NCBI GenBank assembly: GCA_963773065.1
Contig: CAVYZN010000016.1
Location: 1-64,000 of the forward strand
From: an uncultured Gammaproteobacteria bacterium
GTDB taxonomy: Bacteria; Pseudomonadota; Gammaproteobacteria; UBA9214
Length of the DNA stretch: 64,000 nt
Direction: 5' to 3'
Part shown: piece by piece, positions 45,220-55,740 of the stretch
How positions within the stretch are numbered: the stretch's first letter is position 1
How the letters are laid out: each line of letters opens with the position of its first letter
Notes under the pieces: generated by a model
Databases searched by the model: none
Seen by the model: the letters and a program-made list of their open reading frames with translations, nothing else
Told to the model about the DNA's origin: nothing
Translations under genes and position numbers: made by a program

Positions 45220-46620
45220 ATGACGCTGGCCCTCAATAAGATGTTTACATGGTTCAACGGGCTGGTCTGGGAGCAAGACCTGCGTCAACTGAGCGGCCTG
45301 CACAGGGTGGTGGTTTTTATTGCTCGTGTACTGCACATGCTCGTGAGGGAGCTGCTGGGTGGGCAGCTCAACCTGCGTGCCATGAGTCTCGTCTACACCA
45401 CGCTGTTATCACTGGTTCCCCTGCTGGCGGTCAGCTTCTCGGTGCTCAAGGGTTTCGGTGTTCACAACCAGATAGAACCGATGCTGCGCAATATCCTAGC
45501 TCCGCTGGGGCCGGAGGGGGGCGAGGTGGCCGAGAAGCTCATAACCTTCGTCGAAAATGTCAATGTCGGCGTACTGGGTTCGGTCGGTGTGGCACTGCTC
45601 ATCTATACAGTCATCGCGCTGTTGCAGAAGATCGAGGCGGCCTTCAACTTCGTCTGGCAGGTCGAGCATTTGCGTTCGTTTTCACGGCGTCTAAGCAACT
45701 ATCTCAGCGTGGTCCTGATCGGCCCGGTCATGATATTCACCGCCACTGTTCTCAGTTTGGACATTGCGCAGCGGCTCCTTGCGATCAAACCTTTTACCAA
45801 GGTGCTCATGTCTGCGGGCGAATTGGTTCCCTATTTTCTCGTATGCCTGGCATTCACATTTATTTATTTTTTTATGCCCAATACCCGTATCCGGGTACGG
45901 GCGGCGCTGGTTGGCGGCGTCATTGCCGGCATACTCTGGAAAATGACCGGCTGGGGATTTTCGGTCTTTATCGCCTCTTCTTCGAAATATGCCGCGATCT
46001 ATTCGAGCTTCGCGATATTCATTCTGTTGCTCATCTGGTTTTATGTGAGCTGGCTGATTCTTCTCGTGGGGTCGCGGATTGCCTTTTTTGTTCAGTACCC
46101 GAAATACATGACCCTGCATCGGGTGCAGTTTGTGCTGAGTAACCGGTTGCGTGAGCGGCTGGCGATACAGATCATGTACCTGGTTGCCTATGACTTTTAT
46201 CACAACGGGTCGCCGTGGAGCCTCGATGCGCTGGTTGAACGACTCGATCTGCCAGCAGAGCCGGTACACCGCGTTGTCTCGATACTGGTTGAATATGGTT
46301 ACCTGGTGGAAGTTACTGGGGAGGATCCGACGGTTTACCTGCCGGCGCATGCTATCGAAACCATGCGCTTATCCGATATGCTGGCCAATGTACGCCAGGC
46401 CGGTGAAAGCCGATTCCTGAACGACCAGCAGTTAAAACCGATCAGCATCGCCGATCAGGTGATCCTCGAACTCGAAGGTGTATGCAGGGAAACTATGGGT
46501 GGCAGGACGCTCAAGGACCTGGTGGTTGCCGGGGATGGGAGAATGCTCGGACTAGGGATGTGCCTGTGCGCGAACCGGGGTTACCATTGCGGTCACCGGA
46601 TTCTGCCTGGCCTGCAATGA
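45220..46620 (+). CDS. YihY/BrkB family membrane protein with C-terminal winged-helix extension
   Basis: RAMSLVYTTLLSLVPLLAV, IEAAFNFVW, YAAIYSSFA, WFYVSWLILLVG; true stop may be near 46555. Confidence 0.88.
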   Translation: MTLALNKMFTWFNGLVWEQDLRQLSGLHRVVVFIARVLHMLVRELLGGQLNLRAMSLVYTTLLSLVPLLAVSFSVLKGFGVHNQIEPMLRNILAPLGPEGGEVAEKLITFVENVNVGVLGSVGVALLIYTVIALLQKIEAAFNFVWQVEHLRSFSRRLSNYLSVVLIGPVMIFTATVLSLDIAQRLLAIKPFTKVLMSAGELVPYFLVCLAFTFIYFFMPNTRIRVRAALVGGVIAGILWKMTGWGFSVFIASSSKYAAIYSSFAIFILLLIWFYVSWLILLVGSRIAFFVQYPKYMTLHRVQFVLSNRLRERLAIQIMYLVAYDFYHNGSPWSLDALVERLDLPAEPVHRVVSILVEYGYLVEVTGEDPTVYLPAHAIETMRLSDMLANVRQAGESRFLNDQQLKPISIADQVILELEGVCRETMGGRTLKDLVVAGDGRMLGLGMCLCANRGYHCGHRILPGLQ

Positions 46621-47100
46621 AGCCACTTTAATCGTGATCCATTGCGGCAGCTTGGCCCTGAGTTCCCGGTACAAGTTGTCTGTCGATATCGCCGGGCATC
46701 CCGCAAGACCGGGTTCATGGCTGATGCGGTAGTACCAGGCCGGGTAGCCGCCAAGTTTAATCGGGGCGGTGGACGGATAGGGGCCGCTACGGTCAACGGA
46801 TGCACCATTCATCAGCCAGTTGCCACCGCAGAACTTCCTTCCTACCTCGTCTTTTGCCCGCCCCAGTTCGACATGGACGAGTGCCTCGGCGACGGATGCC
46901 GTTTTGGCCTTGTCTCGCGGTATCCAGGCGATAAAATGATCCAGTCGCGGATCCACCTGTATGACTTCACTGACGGTGTCGGGTTCCATGCCGTCATTTT
47001 CGGTGACGCCCACCCGATGTGTGGCGCAACCCTCCAGCAGCGCGACCAGGCCGATCAGGGTGATGCTTGCGATGTACCTGGAGTGCATGCGGGCCGTCAC
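46552..47100 (-). CDS. Hypothetical lipoprotein
   Basis: Hydrophobic N-terminus ending in lipobox LEGC. Confidence 0.6.
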   Translation of the reverse strand: MTARMHSRYIASITLIGLVALLEGCATHRVGVTENDGMEPDTVSEVIQVDPRLDHFIAWIPRDKAKTASVAEALVHVELGRAKDEVGRKFCGGNWLMNGASVDRSGPYPSTAPIKLGGYPAWYYRISHEPGLAGCPAISTDNLYRELRAKLPQWITIKVASLQARQNPVTAMVTPVRAQAHP

Positions 47101-47288
47101 TTGTCATCTCCGAACCTGATATCATTTGCCGGTATTCACCTGCCACAGTCCTGGTTATCAGGATAGTGACCCTGGAGCGGGAATTCTGTGAACCGGGGCG
47201 GATATTTCCAAACCGGCACGTACGCGGCCTTACGGGAAGATTTTCCTGCTACGATTTACGACTTGTAATTACGTTCAGGTGGAATGTA

Positions 47289-47492
47289 ATGCCGGTTGGG
47301 CATGGAAAAATTGATGAGTGCGTCGAGGCCTTGTGTCACAAGGGCTGTAGCATGGTTTATGGGTATATCCGCGCATTGCAGCAGGACGAGGAATTCCCCG
47401 AGGTGGCGGATCTCTCCAAGGCAGAACGCCAGTCAGTACTGGCGCAACTAATAGCCATCATGGATATCTACGACGGCAGTTGTGGCAGTTAA
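47289..47492 (+). CDS. Small hypothetical protein (67 aa)
   Basis: MPVGHGKIDECVEALCHKGC...LIAIMDIYDGSCGS; AGGTGG upstream. Confidence 0.55.
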   Translation: MPVGHGKIDECVEALCHKGCSMVYGYIRALQQDEEFPEVADLSKAERQSVLAQLIAIMDIYDGSCGS

Positions 47493-47507
47493 AGACGGGT
47501 AAGAGTA

Positions 47508-47737
47508 ATGGTATTTCAGGACAGTTTTATTGTTGCAACCCGCGGACGAGGCACTTATTCGATCACTGCGGCGGTCCAGGAGAGAGTGCCAGATCGGGCG
47601 TGCAAACCGGGCTATGCAATGTATTTATCCACCATACCAGCGCCTCCCTGATTCTCTGCGAAAATGCCGACCCGCAGGTACGTGCTGACCTGGGACGCTA
47701 CATGGAACGGCTGGTCCCGATCGCCTGCAATTGCTAG
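47508..47737 (+). pseudogene. yjbQ: Truncated YjbQ family gene (secondary thiamine-phosphate synthase family)
   Basis: TRGRG, GLCNVFIHHTSASLILCENADPQVRADL..MERLVP, then similarity stops; C-terminal half missing. Confidence 0.8.
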
Positions 47738-47853
47738 GGCATCCTGCCTCTCGCGACGCTTGCTCATCATTGTAGATCGCCCCTGCTGTCATGCACCACG
47801 GACTGAATGACGAATAAATCAGAGCCTGCTTGTCGAAGTTCTATCCACAGGCA

Positions 47854-48573
47854 TCAGATGCGACACACCGAACGTGCACCAAAAATGATGCTGCCCACGC
47901 GCACCATGGTTGAGCCCTCGGTGACGGCTATTTCGTAGTCCCCGCTCATTCCCATGGACAGTTCGCGGAACATGTCATCGCCAAAACGCGCTGCGCAGGC
48001 ATCGCGCAGTTTGCGAAGTCCAGAAAATGCCAAGTGAGAGCCAGGAATGGAAGACTCACGACGTCCGATCGTCATAAGACCCCGCAGTCTGATGCCGTTA
48101 AGATCTGCCTGCAATAACTCATCCACGAAGGTGTAGACACTCTCCGGCTGCAGACCGAATTTAGCCGGGTCATCTGCGATGTTGATCTGTAACAGGGTAT
48201 TCACCACTACCCCCGAAGCCTCGGCATAGACGGAAAGTTTGTGCGCGAGTTTAAGGCTGTCCAGTGTATGGAGCCATGTAAAATTCCCCGGGATATGTCT
48301 GGCCTTGTTGGTTTGCAGATGACCGATGAAGTGCCATTCGTTTGCCTGATCCCGTATGAGCGGCAGCTTGGTCATGGCATCCTGAACGGTACTTTCCCCA
48401 AAAATATGTTGTCCCGCTTCGATGGCGCGGATGATGTCTGCGGTAGTTATGTATTTTGAAACGGCAATCAGGCGGATTTCATCCGGATTCCGTCCGGCTG
48501 ACATGGCCGCGTTGCGGATGCGTTCCCTGACGGTCTGCAGGTTGGCCTGAATATCGGGTGATGGTCTTGTCAT
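47854..48573 (-). CDS. yggS: YggS/PLPBP pyridoxal phosphate homeostasis protein
   Basis: LIAVSK, FGES.VQ, WHFIGHLQTNK, LRGLMTI, LSMGMSGDY, GSTMVRVG. Confidence 0.95.
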   Translation of the reverse strand: MTRPSPDIQANLQTVRERIRNAAMSAGRNPDEIRLIAVSKYITTADIIRAIEAGQHIFGESTVQDAMTKLPLIRDQANEWHFIGHLQTNKARHIPGNFTWLHTLDSLKLAHKLSVYAEASGVVVNTLLQINIADDPAKFGLQPESVYTFVDELLQADLNGIRLRGLMTIGRRESSIPGSHLAFSGLRKLRDACAARFGDDMFRELSMGMSGDYEIAVTEGSTMVRVGSIIFGARSVCRI

Positions 48574-48600
48574 GCCAACGGTGGCGCGGGGATGAGAGCG

Positions 48601-49559
48601 TCAGGGACAGACAAGATTGCGCGGTGTTCCGTCCAACCATGCCTTGATGTTGCCGGCAATCTCATCGATGAGTCTTTGCCGGGCATTGATACTGGCCCAG
48701 GCGATATGGGGAGTCACCAGCAGGTTTGGCATTGATACTTGCAGCAACGGATTACCGCCATGCGGCGGTTCCTCGCTCAGCACATCAACGGCTGCGCCCG
48801 CAATCCGTCCGGTCCGTACTGCGCGCAAGCAACGCAGCTTCATCGACAATTCCACCGCGCGCCGTGTTGATCAGGATGGCATCCCGGCGCATCAGTCCGA
48901 ATTCCCTGTCGCCGATCAGATTGCGTGTCTCCTCCGTCAACGGGCAGTGCAGACTGATTACATGGGATTTTTCCAGCAGGCTGTCCAACGGTGTTCGTCC
49001 CGGGCGAAGAGGGGATCCGGGTCGTTCGGCGACCAGGACGTTCATGCCGAACGCTACGCCTATCCTGGCGACGGCGTGGCCGAGTTCGCCATAACCGATG
49101 ATGCCGAGCGTCAACCCTTTCAGTTCCCGGATCGGGAAATCCATTAAACAGAAATCATCGGTTTTCTGCCATCGACCCTCTGCAATGGCCGCGCGGTATT
49201 CGGTCAGCCGTCGGGTGAGGGAGAGTATCTGCGCATAAACATGCTCGACGACCGACGGTGTAGCATAGCCGGTGACATTGCAAACGGCGATATCCAGGGT
49301 GCGGCATGAATCGAGGTCGATGTTGTTGGTGCCGGTGGCGGCAATGCAGACGAGTTTCAGCCTGTCAGCCGACCGGAGCGTGATATCCTTCGAGTCTGAC
49401 CTTGTTGCTGACGACGATGTCGGCATAGCGGACACGCTCGATGATCTGGGCCGGAGCGGTCCAGTCGTGGTATTCCCATTCATTCACGCTCGATCGGAGC
49501 GATGTCAGGTCAAGGTCATCACGGTCGACCGTGCGAAGGTCGAGGAACACGCCGCGCAT
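48601..49559 (-). CDS. D-2-hydroxyacid dehydrogenase (glycerate dehydrogenase-like), two frameshifts
   Basis: MRGVFLD, ATGTNNID, GIIGYGELG, SLHCPLT, INTARGG, DVLSEEPP, TPHIAWAS. Confidence 0.92.
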
Positions 49560-49566
49560 GATCGTG

Positions 49567-50139
49567 CTAGTCGATACCCAACATGCCCTGCTTCAGCGAA
49601 TTGCTGACCGGGTGCGCACCCAGCCAGATCGCGAGCAGGGAGCGAAAGAAGTCATCGCCTTCCACGTTGCCGCGCCATTCACCATTTATCCGCACTTCGG
49701 TCCCTGTGCCCGGCAGATAATTGATCTGGATGACCTCACCCTCGTGCATGGTGCGGAACAGGGTATTGAATTTATCGAGTCGCGATTTCAGTGCCGTCAT
49801 TTCAGCCGCAGTCAGATTGGCGGTCAGGCCGTCTGTCCATGCGTCGGTAATCTTCTCCTTGCTGACTTCCTTGTAGAGGAAATGCATCATTACACTGGCC
49901 GGACCTGAACCGGAAAGGATTGCCTGCGCATCGCTCGTTTTCGCCGGCAGGTAAAGTGCGCCGATGTAAATATCGAGGAACAGCTTTTCGCGGACACCGG
50001 CGCCGTTCAGTACCAGTGTGGGTCCGCCGTTTGCCAACGTCAGGGAGTCGGGGATCTCGACGCCGCTTATCTTGACGGCCGCGGCCGGTAAGCTGGTGAG
50101 AATCAGGTTTAATAAAAGAAATACAGCTCGCTTGCGCAT
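49567..50139 (-). CDS. Chalcone isomerase-like exported protein
   Basis: Signal peptide, LVLNGAGVREKLFLDIYIGALYL, LLAIWLG.HP..LKQGMLG. Confidence 0.88.
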   Translation of the reverse strand: MRKRAVFLLLNLILTSLPAAAVKISGVEIPDSLTLANGGPTLVLNGAGVREKLFLDIYIGALYLPAKTSDAQAILSGSGPASVMMHFLYKEVSKEKITDAWTDGLTANLTAAEMTALKSRLDKFNTLFRTMHEGEVIQINYLPGTGTEVRINGEWRGNVEGDDFFRSLLAIWLGAHPVSNSLKQGMLGID

Positions 50140-50194
50140 TGTGGTTGCTCCGTTGGTTTTCACGATAATCGGTTCAGGTTCCGGGTACCGGAAT

Positions 50195-50743
50195 TTACTG
50201 CCGCCTGGAAGGGTGGCGGGTGATTTCTTCCACATAGACGGGGAAGGCATTTCCCTTTAGATCGCTACAGTATTTGCTGAGGGTAAGCTTGACAACCGGG
50301 AATGCCAATTGGTCCCAGGGTATCTCGTGTTCTCCAAACAACCTGACCTCAAGGCTCTCCGGGCCGGGTTCAAATTTTTCCTCCTCGAGGCTGGCGCGGA
50401 ACATCAGGTAGACCTGGCTGATATGGGGGATGCTGAAAACACCGTAGAGTTCCAGTTTGCCGACCCGGGCGCGGGCTTCTTCCCAGGTTTCACGGGCGGC
50501 GGCCTGTTCGGTTGTTTCGCCGTTTTCCATGAACCCTGCCGGCAGGGTCCATAGACCGTAGCGAGGCTCGATGGCGCGCCGGCAGAGCAACAGGCGACCT
50601 TTCCATTCCGGAATGCAGCCGGCCACGATCTTCGGGTTCTGGTAATGAATCGTGGCGCAGGCTTCGCACACATGGCGGTGCCGGTCATCGCCTGCGGGTA
50701 TTTTCACGGTTAGCCGTGCGCCGCAGTTGCTGCAAAAGATCAT
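50195..50743 (-). CDS. Nudix hydrolase with N-terminal zinc ribbon
   Basis: FCSNCG, CEAC..IHYQNP, Nudix box GFMENGETTEQAAARETWEEA. Confidence 0.93.
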   Translation of the reverse strand: MIFCSNCGARLTVKIPAGDDRHRHVCEACATIHYQNPKIVAGCIPEWKGRLLLCRRAIEPRYGLWTLPAGFMENGETTEQAAARETWEEARARVGKLELYGVFSIPHISQVYLMFRASLEEEKFEPGPESLEVRLFGEHEIPWDQLAFPVVKLTLSKYCSDLKGNAFPVYVEEITRHPSRRQ

Positions 50744-50954
50744 GCGAATCTCTTGGCGGTGGATTCTTAACAGAGCGGGATGAGTAGTACAGACGGACAA
50801 TAGCATAGATTCAGGAGGTAAGGCAGAATCTTAAGGATGGAATGATACTATTGAAACTTAATGAATATAATCACGCAATAACAATCGATGCAGATATTCA
50901 TTGCATATGATTTATTTTTTGACGTTTCGCTAATAAGTGTCTTTGTATACCGGC

Positions 50955-50980
50955 AAAAAACCGGCTTCGGCCGGTTTTTT
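50955..50980. terminator. Rho-independent terminator (bidirectional form)
   Basis: AAAAAACCGGCTTCGGCCGGTTTTTT, just past the stop of the upstream Nudix gene. Confidence 0.85.
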
Positions 50981-50992
50981 CTGGGTGGGGCC

Positions 50993-51515
50993 TCAGGGAT
51001 AAACATAAGATGCCGCCAGCAGCAATCCAAGCATGGTCTTGGCGTCATGGATAGTGCCGTCGTGAACCTGTTCGATTGTCTTGCTGAAAGGCACCCAGTG
51101 AATCTCGATTAATTCATGCCGCTCCGGGCTGTGCGGCAACCGGTGTCAACTCTCTGGCAAGGAAGAGGTGAATTACCTCGTCGCAAAAACCGGGCGTCAT
51201 CAGCACCGCACCGAGAGTCTGCCAGTGTCTGGCCCGCAGTCCGGCTTCCTCCGTCAGTTCACGCGCGGCGGCGGCTTGCGGTTCTTCATTTTTATCAAGC
51301 TTGCCGGCCGGCAGTTCCCACAGCCAGCCGCCTGCGGCATGCCGGAACTGGCGCAGCAGGCAAACGTGCTGATTTTCATTCAAGGCGACAACCGCCGCAC
51401 CGCCAGGATGACGGACAATCTCCAGTTCCAGCGGTTCTCCGTTGGGAAGGGTAAGGGATTCGATGCCGAGCCGGACGACCCGGCCCTCGAATACCGGCTT
51501 GGTCTTGTGGGACAA
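50993..51515 (-). CDS. ADP-ribose pyrophosphatase-like Nudix hydrolase, frameshift near 51125
   Basis: EIVRHPGGA, RQFRHA, ELPAGKLD..AAARELTEEAGL, PGFCDE, HDAKT; TTG start with GGAG. Confidence 0.88.
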
Positions 51516-51601
51516 TGTTTTCTCCAGTGGGCAGCCGTGATGTCCGCGATCCACACGATGATACTGTAAAACGCGGCAATTCTGCGGAGAAAGGTCGGGT
51601 G

Positions 51602-52027
51602 ATGGAACCATTTTATGAAAGACAGCCACTGCGGTTTGATTGCACCCGTTGCGGGCGTTGCTGTGTGACGGGTGAAGGTTATTACGTCTTTCTGAACGGG
51701 AATGAAGCGGAACGAATCCGTGCCTATCTCAAGTTGTCCCACAGATGGTTTCGCCGCCGGTACCTGCAACGGTTGCCGGACGGTGATCTGGTTGCGGCAT
51801 CGCAGAGTGACGGGCGCTGTGTGTTTCTCGAAGTCAGTGGAAGTTGCGGCGTTTACCCGGTACGCCCCTTGCAATGCAGCACGTATCCGTTCTGGCCCGA
51901 GATCGTGTCCTGTCAGACGGACTGGAAGCGGGAATCACGGCGCTGCGAAGGCATCAATCGAGGCGAGGTGGTGCCGGTCACACGCATAAGGAAGCTTGTC
52001 AACGCCTGTCTTGCACGGAAAGTCTGA
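51602..52027 (+). CDS. YkgJ family cysteine-cluster protein
   Basis: FDCTRCGRCC, CVFL, CGVYPVRPLQCSTYPFW, CEGI. Confidence 0.9.
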   Translation: MEPFYERQPLRFDCTRCGRCCVTGEGYYVFLNGNEAERIRAYLKLSHRWFRRRYLQRLPDGDLVAASQSDGRCVFLEVSGSCGVYPVRPLQCSTYPFWPEIVSCQTDWKRESRRCEGINRGEVVPVTRIRKLVNACLARKV

Positions 52028-52028
52028 A

Positions 52029-52865
52029 TCATTCACTCCGGGGTTCGAATACGGAAAACCACTGGCTGGCGCCGGATGGTGCGTGCCAGTCGAGATAGAG
52101 GCTGACCAGTCGCATCCCCAGCGCCGGTTCAAAGACGTTGCCGCGCATGAGCGTGTCGAATTGATCTCCAGCCAGCAGTTGGTGCGTCGTTGTCAGGTAG
52201 AGGCGGTCCAATACCCTTGCGTCCAACAGGGTGTGCAGAACATCGGGTCCGGCGATGGCGTAGATGTTGCCGTATCCCATGGTGGCCAGTGTTGCGACCA
52301 ACTCGGCACCGTCCACCGTTCTGTCCGCGCCGGCAAATATGACATCGACTCCATGATCCCTGAACAGAGCTACCCGGTCGGGTTCTGTTTGACGGCCAGT
52401 GAAGATGAAGATCCGGCGGTTCTGGTACGCCTTGAGCGACTCGACAGGGATTGCAAGGCTGCGGCTCAGAATGGCGATATCCGGCTGTGCCGTCAGGCCG
52501 TGACGGCTGCGCCATTCCCGGATGTCACGATAATCCGGGTGGTCGCTCACCGGCAGCTTATCCTGGGCTTCCTCACTTTCGCTCTGTCTGAAAAACCGCC
52601 CGCTGGTGACCAGGATATCGGCCTGTCCCGCAAGTTCCTGGTAAAGCCGCCAGTCGCGGGGGTTGTTTATCGCGGTGGGAACCTGGTGTGTCGCCCGTCC
52701 TGTCCTTGCGATGGCGATTCGACCATCGAGGGAAGAGATGAAGTTGCTGTAGACAAATGGTTTCTCTGAAGTCCCCTTGGTGTGCAATGCCTGTTCAAGA
52801 TAGAGGCCCTCCAGCTGGTATTCCTTGGAAGAGGGCGGGAATAGCCGGGAAATGGTCGCTTGCAT
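52029..52865 (-). CDS. RibD C-terminal / dihydrofolate reductase family protein
   Basis: PFVYSNFISSLDGRIA, LDRLYLT. Confidence 0.8.
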   Translation of the reverse strand: MQATISRLFPPSSKEYQLEGLYLEQALHTKGTSEKPFVYSNFISSLDGRIAIARTGRATHQVPTAINNPRDWRLYQELAGQADILVTSGRFFRQSESEEAQDKLPVSDHPDYRDIREWRSRHGLTAQPDIAILSRSLAIPVESLKAYQNRRIFIFTGRQTEPDRVALFRDHGVDVIFAGADRTVDGAELVATLATMGYGNIYAIAGPDVLHTLLDARVLDRLYLTTTHQLLAGDQFDTLMRGNVFEPALGMRLVSLYLDWHAPSGASQWFSVFEPRSE

Positions 52866-53072
52866 GGGGTGAGATTCTATAAGGCCGGCAGTATAACGAC
52901 AGGATCTTGCCGCTGCGTACCTGCTGGCAGCAAATGCGCGGTCCGGAGCGATGACTTCGGTGATACGGGTGATAGCGACTTAGCCGGCATTGGCTTGACC
53001 AGCGAGAAGCCTGTTAACTGGAGAAACGGGGCCAGCATGGCCCCGTTTTCCAATCGAAATGATGCAGTTAAC

Positions 53073-53474
53073 TCAAACCTTGGCAGTCTGATCCCCGACA
53101 TTTTTCTTATGGTAGTTTTCGATCGCGGCTTTGATGGCATCCTCTGCCAGTACTGAACAGTGAACCTTGACCGGCGGCAGGGCCAATTCCTCGGCAATGT
53201 CAGTGTTCTTGATTTGCCGCGCTTCATCAAGGGTTTTACCTTTGACCCATTCGGTCAGCAGTGAACTGGAAGCAATCGCGGAACCGCATCCATAGGTTTT
53301 GAACCGGGCATCTTCAATGATGCCGTTCTCATTGACCTTGATTTGCAGCTTCATCACATCGCCGCAGGCCGGAGCGCCGACCATGCCAGTACCGACCTGC
53401 TTATCATCCTTGTCAAAGGAACCGACATTACGCGGGTTTTCATAGTGATCAAGTACTTTTTCACTGTAAGCCAT
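53073..53474 (-). CDS. iscU: Fe-S cluster assembly scaffold
   Basis: MAYSEKVLDHYENPRNVG, GAPACGDVM, FKTYGCGSAIASSS, LPPVKVHCS. Confidence 0.97.
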   Translation of the reverse strand: MAYSEKVLDHYENPRNVGSFDKDDKQVGTGMVGAPACGDVMKLQIKVNENGIIEDARFKTYGCGSAIASSSLLTEWVKGKTLDEARQIKNTDIAEELALPPVKVHCSVLAEDAIKAAIENYHKKNVGDQTAKV

Positions 53475-53511
53475 TTAAGTTTCTCCAGACAAACCAAGTT
53501 AAAAAAAGTGA

Positions 53512-53955
53512 TCAGGCCGCGCTTTTCTGCAAACCCGTGTGAAACAGCGAGGACTGGGTATTCTCCATCTGGGGTTCCACTGCCTCGGCCAGGGATATGC
53601 CATCCAGATAGTCATATACCTGGCTACTCAATCGCCGCCACATCAACAGGCTGCCCGGAATCTCTCTTTCAGCGCTTGGTATCTCCTGGTGTTTCACCAT
53701 GTCATCGACTGCGTTGAGAACCTGTGCGATTGTGATCTCGCTGGCCGGGCGGGCAAGAAAATAACCACCACCTGGTCCGCGCATTCCCGTTACCAGCCCG
53801 TGCTGACGTAGCTTCGCGAACAACTGTTCGAGGTAGGAAATCGAAATGGACTGTTGGGAAGAAATATCCGCCAGGGTCACAGGCCCTTTTTTCTGATGCA
53901 GGGCCAATTCCATCATTGCTGTAATAGCATGACGACCTTTCGTTGATAACTTCAT
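53512..53955 (-). CDS. IscR-like Rrf2 regulator lacking the Fe-S cysteines
   Basis: MKLSTKGRHA, ISISYLEQLFAKLR, RGPGGGY; no Cys in the protein as translated from ATG 53955. Confidence 0.88.
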   Translation of the reverse strand: MKLSTKGRHAITAMMELALHQKKGPVTLADISSQQSISISYLEQLFAKLRQHGLVTGMRGPGGGYFLARPASEITIAQVLNAVDDMVKHQEIPSAEREIPGSLLMWRRLSSQVYDYLDGISLAEAVEPQMENTQSSLFHTGLQKSAA

Positions 53956-54076
53956 AACAAACCTCGATGAATACGGTACTGTCGGATTTTCTCCGATGCT
54001 CTCTGCCCCGTATTCCACGCAGATAACCCGCATCGTTACAAAGAAGTGATCTTAATGTTCCTTGCAAAAATAATAG

Positions 54077-54105
54077 TAATTGTTGACTATAATAGTCAAC
54101 AATTA
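54077..54105. promoter_or_regulatory. Type-1 IscR-like operator
   Basis: Perfect 14-1-14 inverted repeat TAATTGTTGACTAT-A-ATAGTCAACAATTA; the core fits YYGACTRWWWYAGTCRR. Confidence 0.85.
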
Positions 54106-54577
54106 TTTGGTGTGCCCTATAGGATCAATCAGGAAAAAATAGGATAGATAAATATTACAAACAATGGCTTAATTAACCACCTACCCTTAAGGGGATATAA
54201 GGCATAAAGCGGTCCTTGTTTGTGTGAAGAGAACGAGGACAAATGTCCGGAAATGCCATGAAAATGTATCAGCCAGATTCATTTCATGAATATTCAAGGA
54301 GACACTGTGTGTTGTCATTACGATTGGAGCAATGCCAAAGCAGGCGTCAAATGCCGGAAATCGAGAATTGATTTTGACTGCTTAATCGAATCATCTCCCC
54401 CATTGTGTGATAATGCAATGGCAGGTACTGAGCAGGTAGAGGCGGCGGGATTGGCACGGTGTTAATGAGTCAGCGATTCAGCATCTATGTCATAGGTTAT
54501 ACCTGTTTCTTATTAATCAACTGCGTATGAAGTGATTTGCTACAATCGGACCGATCATAACTCGGCAGGAGCACACC

Positions 54578-55036
54578 ATGGGATCCCAACACAAGTCGGA
54601 AGTCGATCGTCGCACGAAGTCACGTGACAGACTGGATGGTCTCGTTCAGTCCCGCACGGAAACGTTGTCCTTGTTGACCGAACTGGCAGGTCGACAGCCT
54701 TTTACCGCCGATCCTGAAATCGAACGAGCCCTGCGCCGTTTTTGCGAGGCATTGATCGACTATACGGCTAGCGCGCATTTCCAGTTGTACCGATATCTGG
54801 CGGACAACCGGGAACGTCAGGCAGTCAGTTATTACCATGGCTGACAGGATATATCCGAGAATTGTTGAAACGACGGATGTCATTTTGCGCTTCAATGACA
54901 AGTATGAAGCCATGTCACTGGACAACAGCGTCGAATTTCTCGCCGCAGATTTATCCAGCCTGGGTGAATGCCTCGCCGACCGAATCCAGCTTGAAGACCG
55001 GATCTATCAGCCGCCATGAACGGCACGAAGCATTAG
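54578..55036 (+). CDS. rsd: Rsd/AlgQ family anti-sigma70 factor, frameshifted
   Basis: FCEALIDYTASAHFQLY, IYPRIVETTDVILRFNDKY, DLSSLGECLADRIQLEDR. Confidence 0.85.
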
Positions 55037-55209
55037 CTCGGTCAGTCTATGGAGAGCGCCGGCCAGGCCAGGCGTGTTCATGTATAATAACTGCGCCATA
55101 ATATATGGCATGTATCTGATTTTACCTGAATACAGTCAAGTTATCCTACGATCTGTGGTGATTGGCATGTCACGGTCAGATGATAGTACCCGCCGGGGGG
55201 CTGCCAATA

Positions 55210-55740
55210 ATGAACAGACGCGAATTCCTGCGACTCGGCAGCGGGGCAGCCGCCATCCTGATCGTACCGGCGGGTTTACCAAACCGGATCTCCCTCTGGA
55301 ACGCTCCCTCGGTTTCTATAATACCCACACCGACGAAACACTGAAAACCGTCTACTGGGTGGAAGGAAAATACCAGCCTGATGGTCTGTCGGAGATCGAC
55401 CGGATTCTCCGTGATCATCGCACAGGTGATGTCTACAAGATGGATAAAAGGCTTGCTGGACCTACTGTATATGCTGCAAACCCGGATTGGACGCACGGAC
55501 AGGTTCCACATCATTTCCGGCTACCGTTCCCCCGCCACCAATGCGAAACTGCACGCGCAGAGTGCCGGCGTCGCAAAGCACAGCTATCACATGCAAGGAA
55601 AGGCCGTTGATATACGGCTGCCCGGCTATGACCTGAAAAAACTGCATCAGGCCGCGTTGGCTTTGAAGGCCGGCGGTGTGGGTTGCTATCCTTCCTCGAA
55701 TTTCATCCACGTGGATGTGGGGCCGGTGCGTCATTGGTAG
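55210..55740 (+). CDS. YcbK/DUF882 (peptidase M15 family) Tat-exported protein, frameshifted
   Basis: MNRREFL, FYNTHTDE, LRDHRT, ISGYRSPATN, SYHMQGKAVD, FIHVDVGPVRHW. Confidence 0.9.

Noticed and set aside
54451-54467. Sigma-54 promoter upstream of rsd (TTGGCACG)
   Set aside because: The -24 element is present but the -12 TTGC is missing
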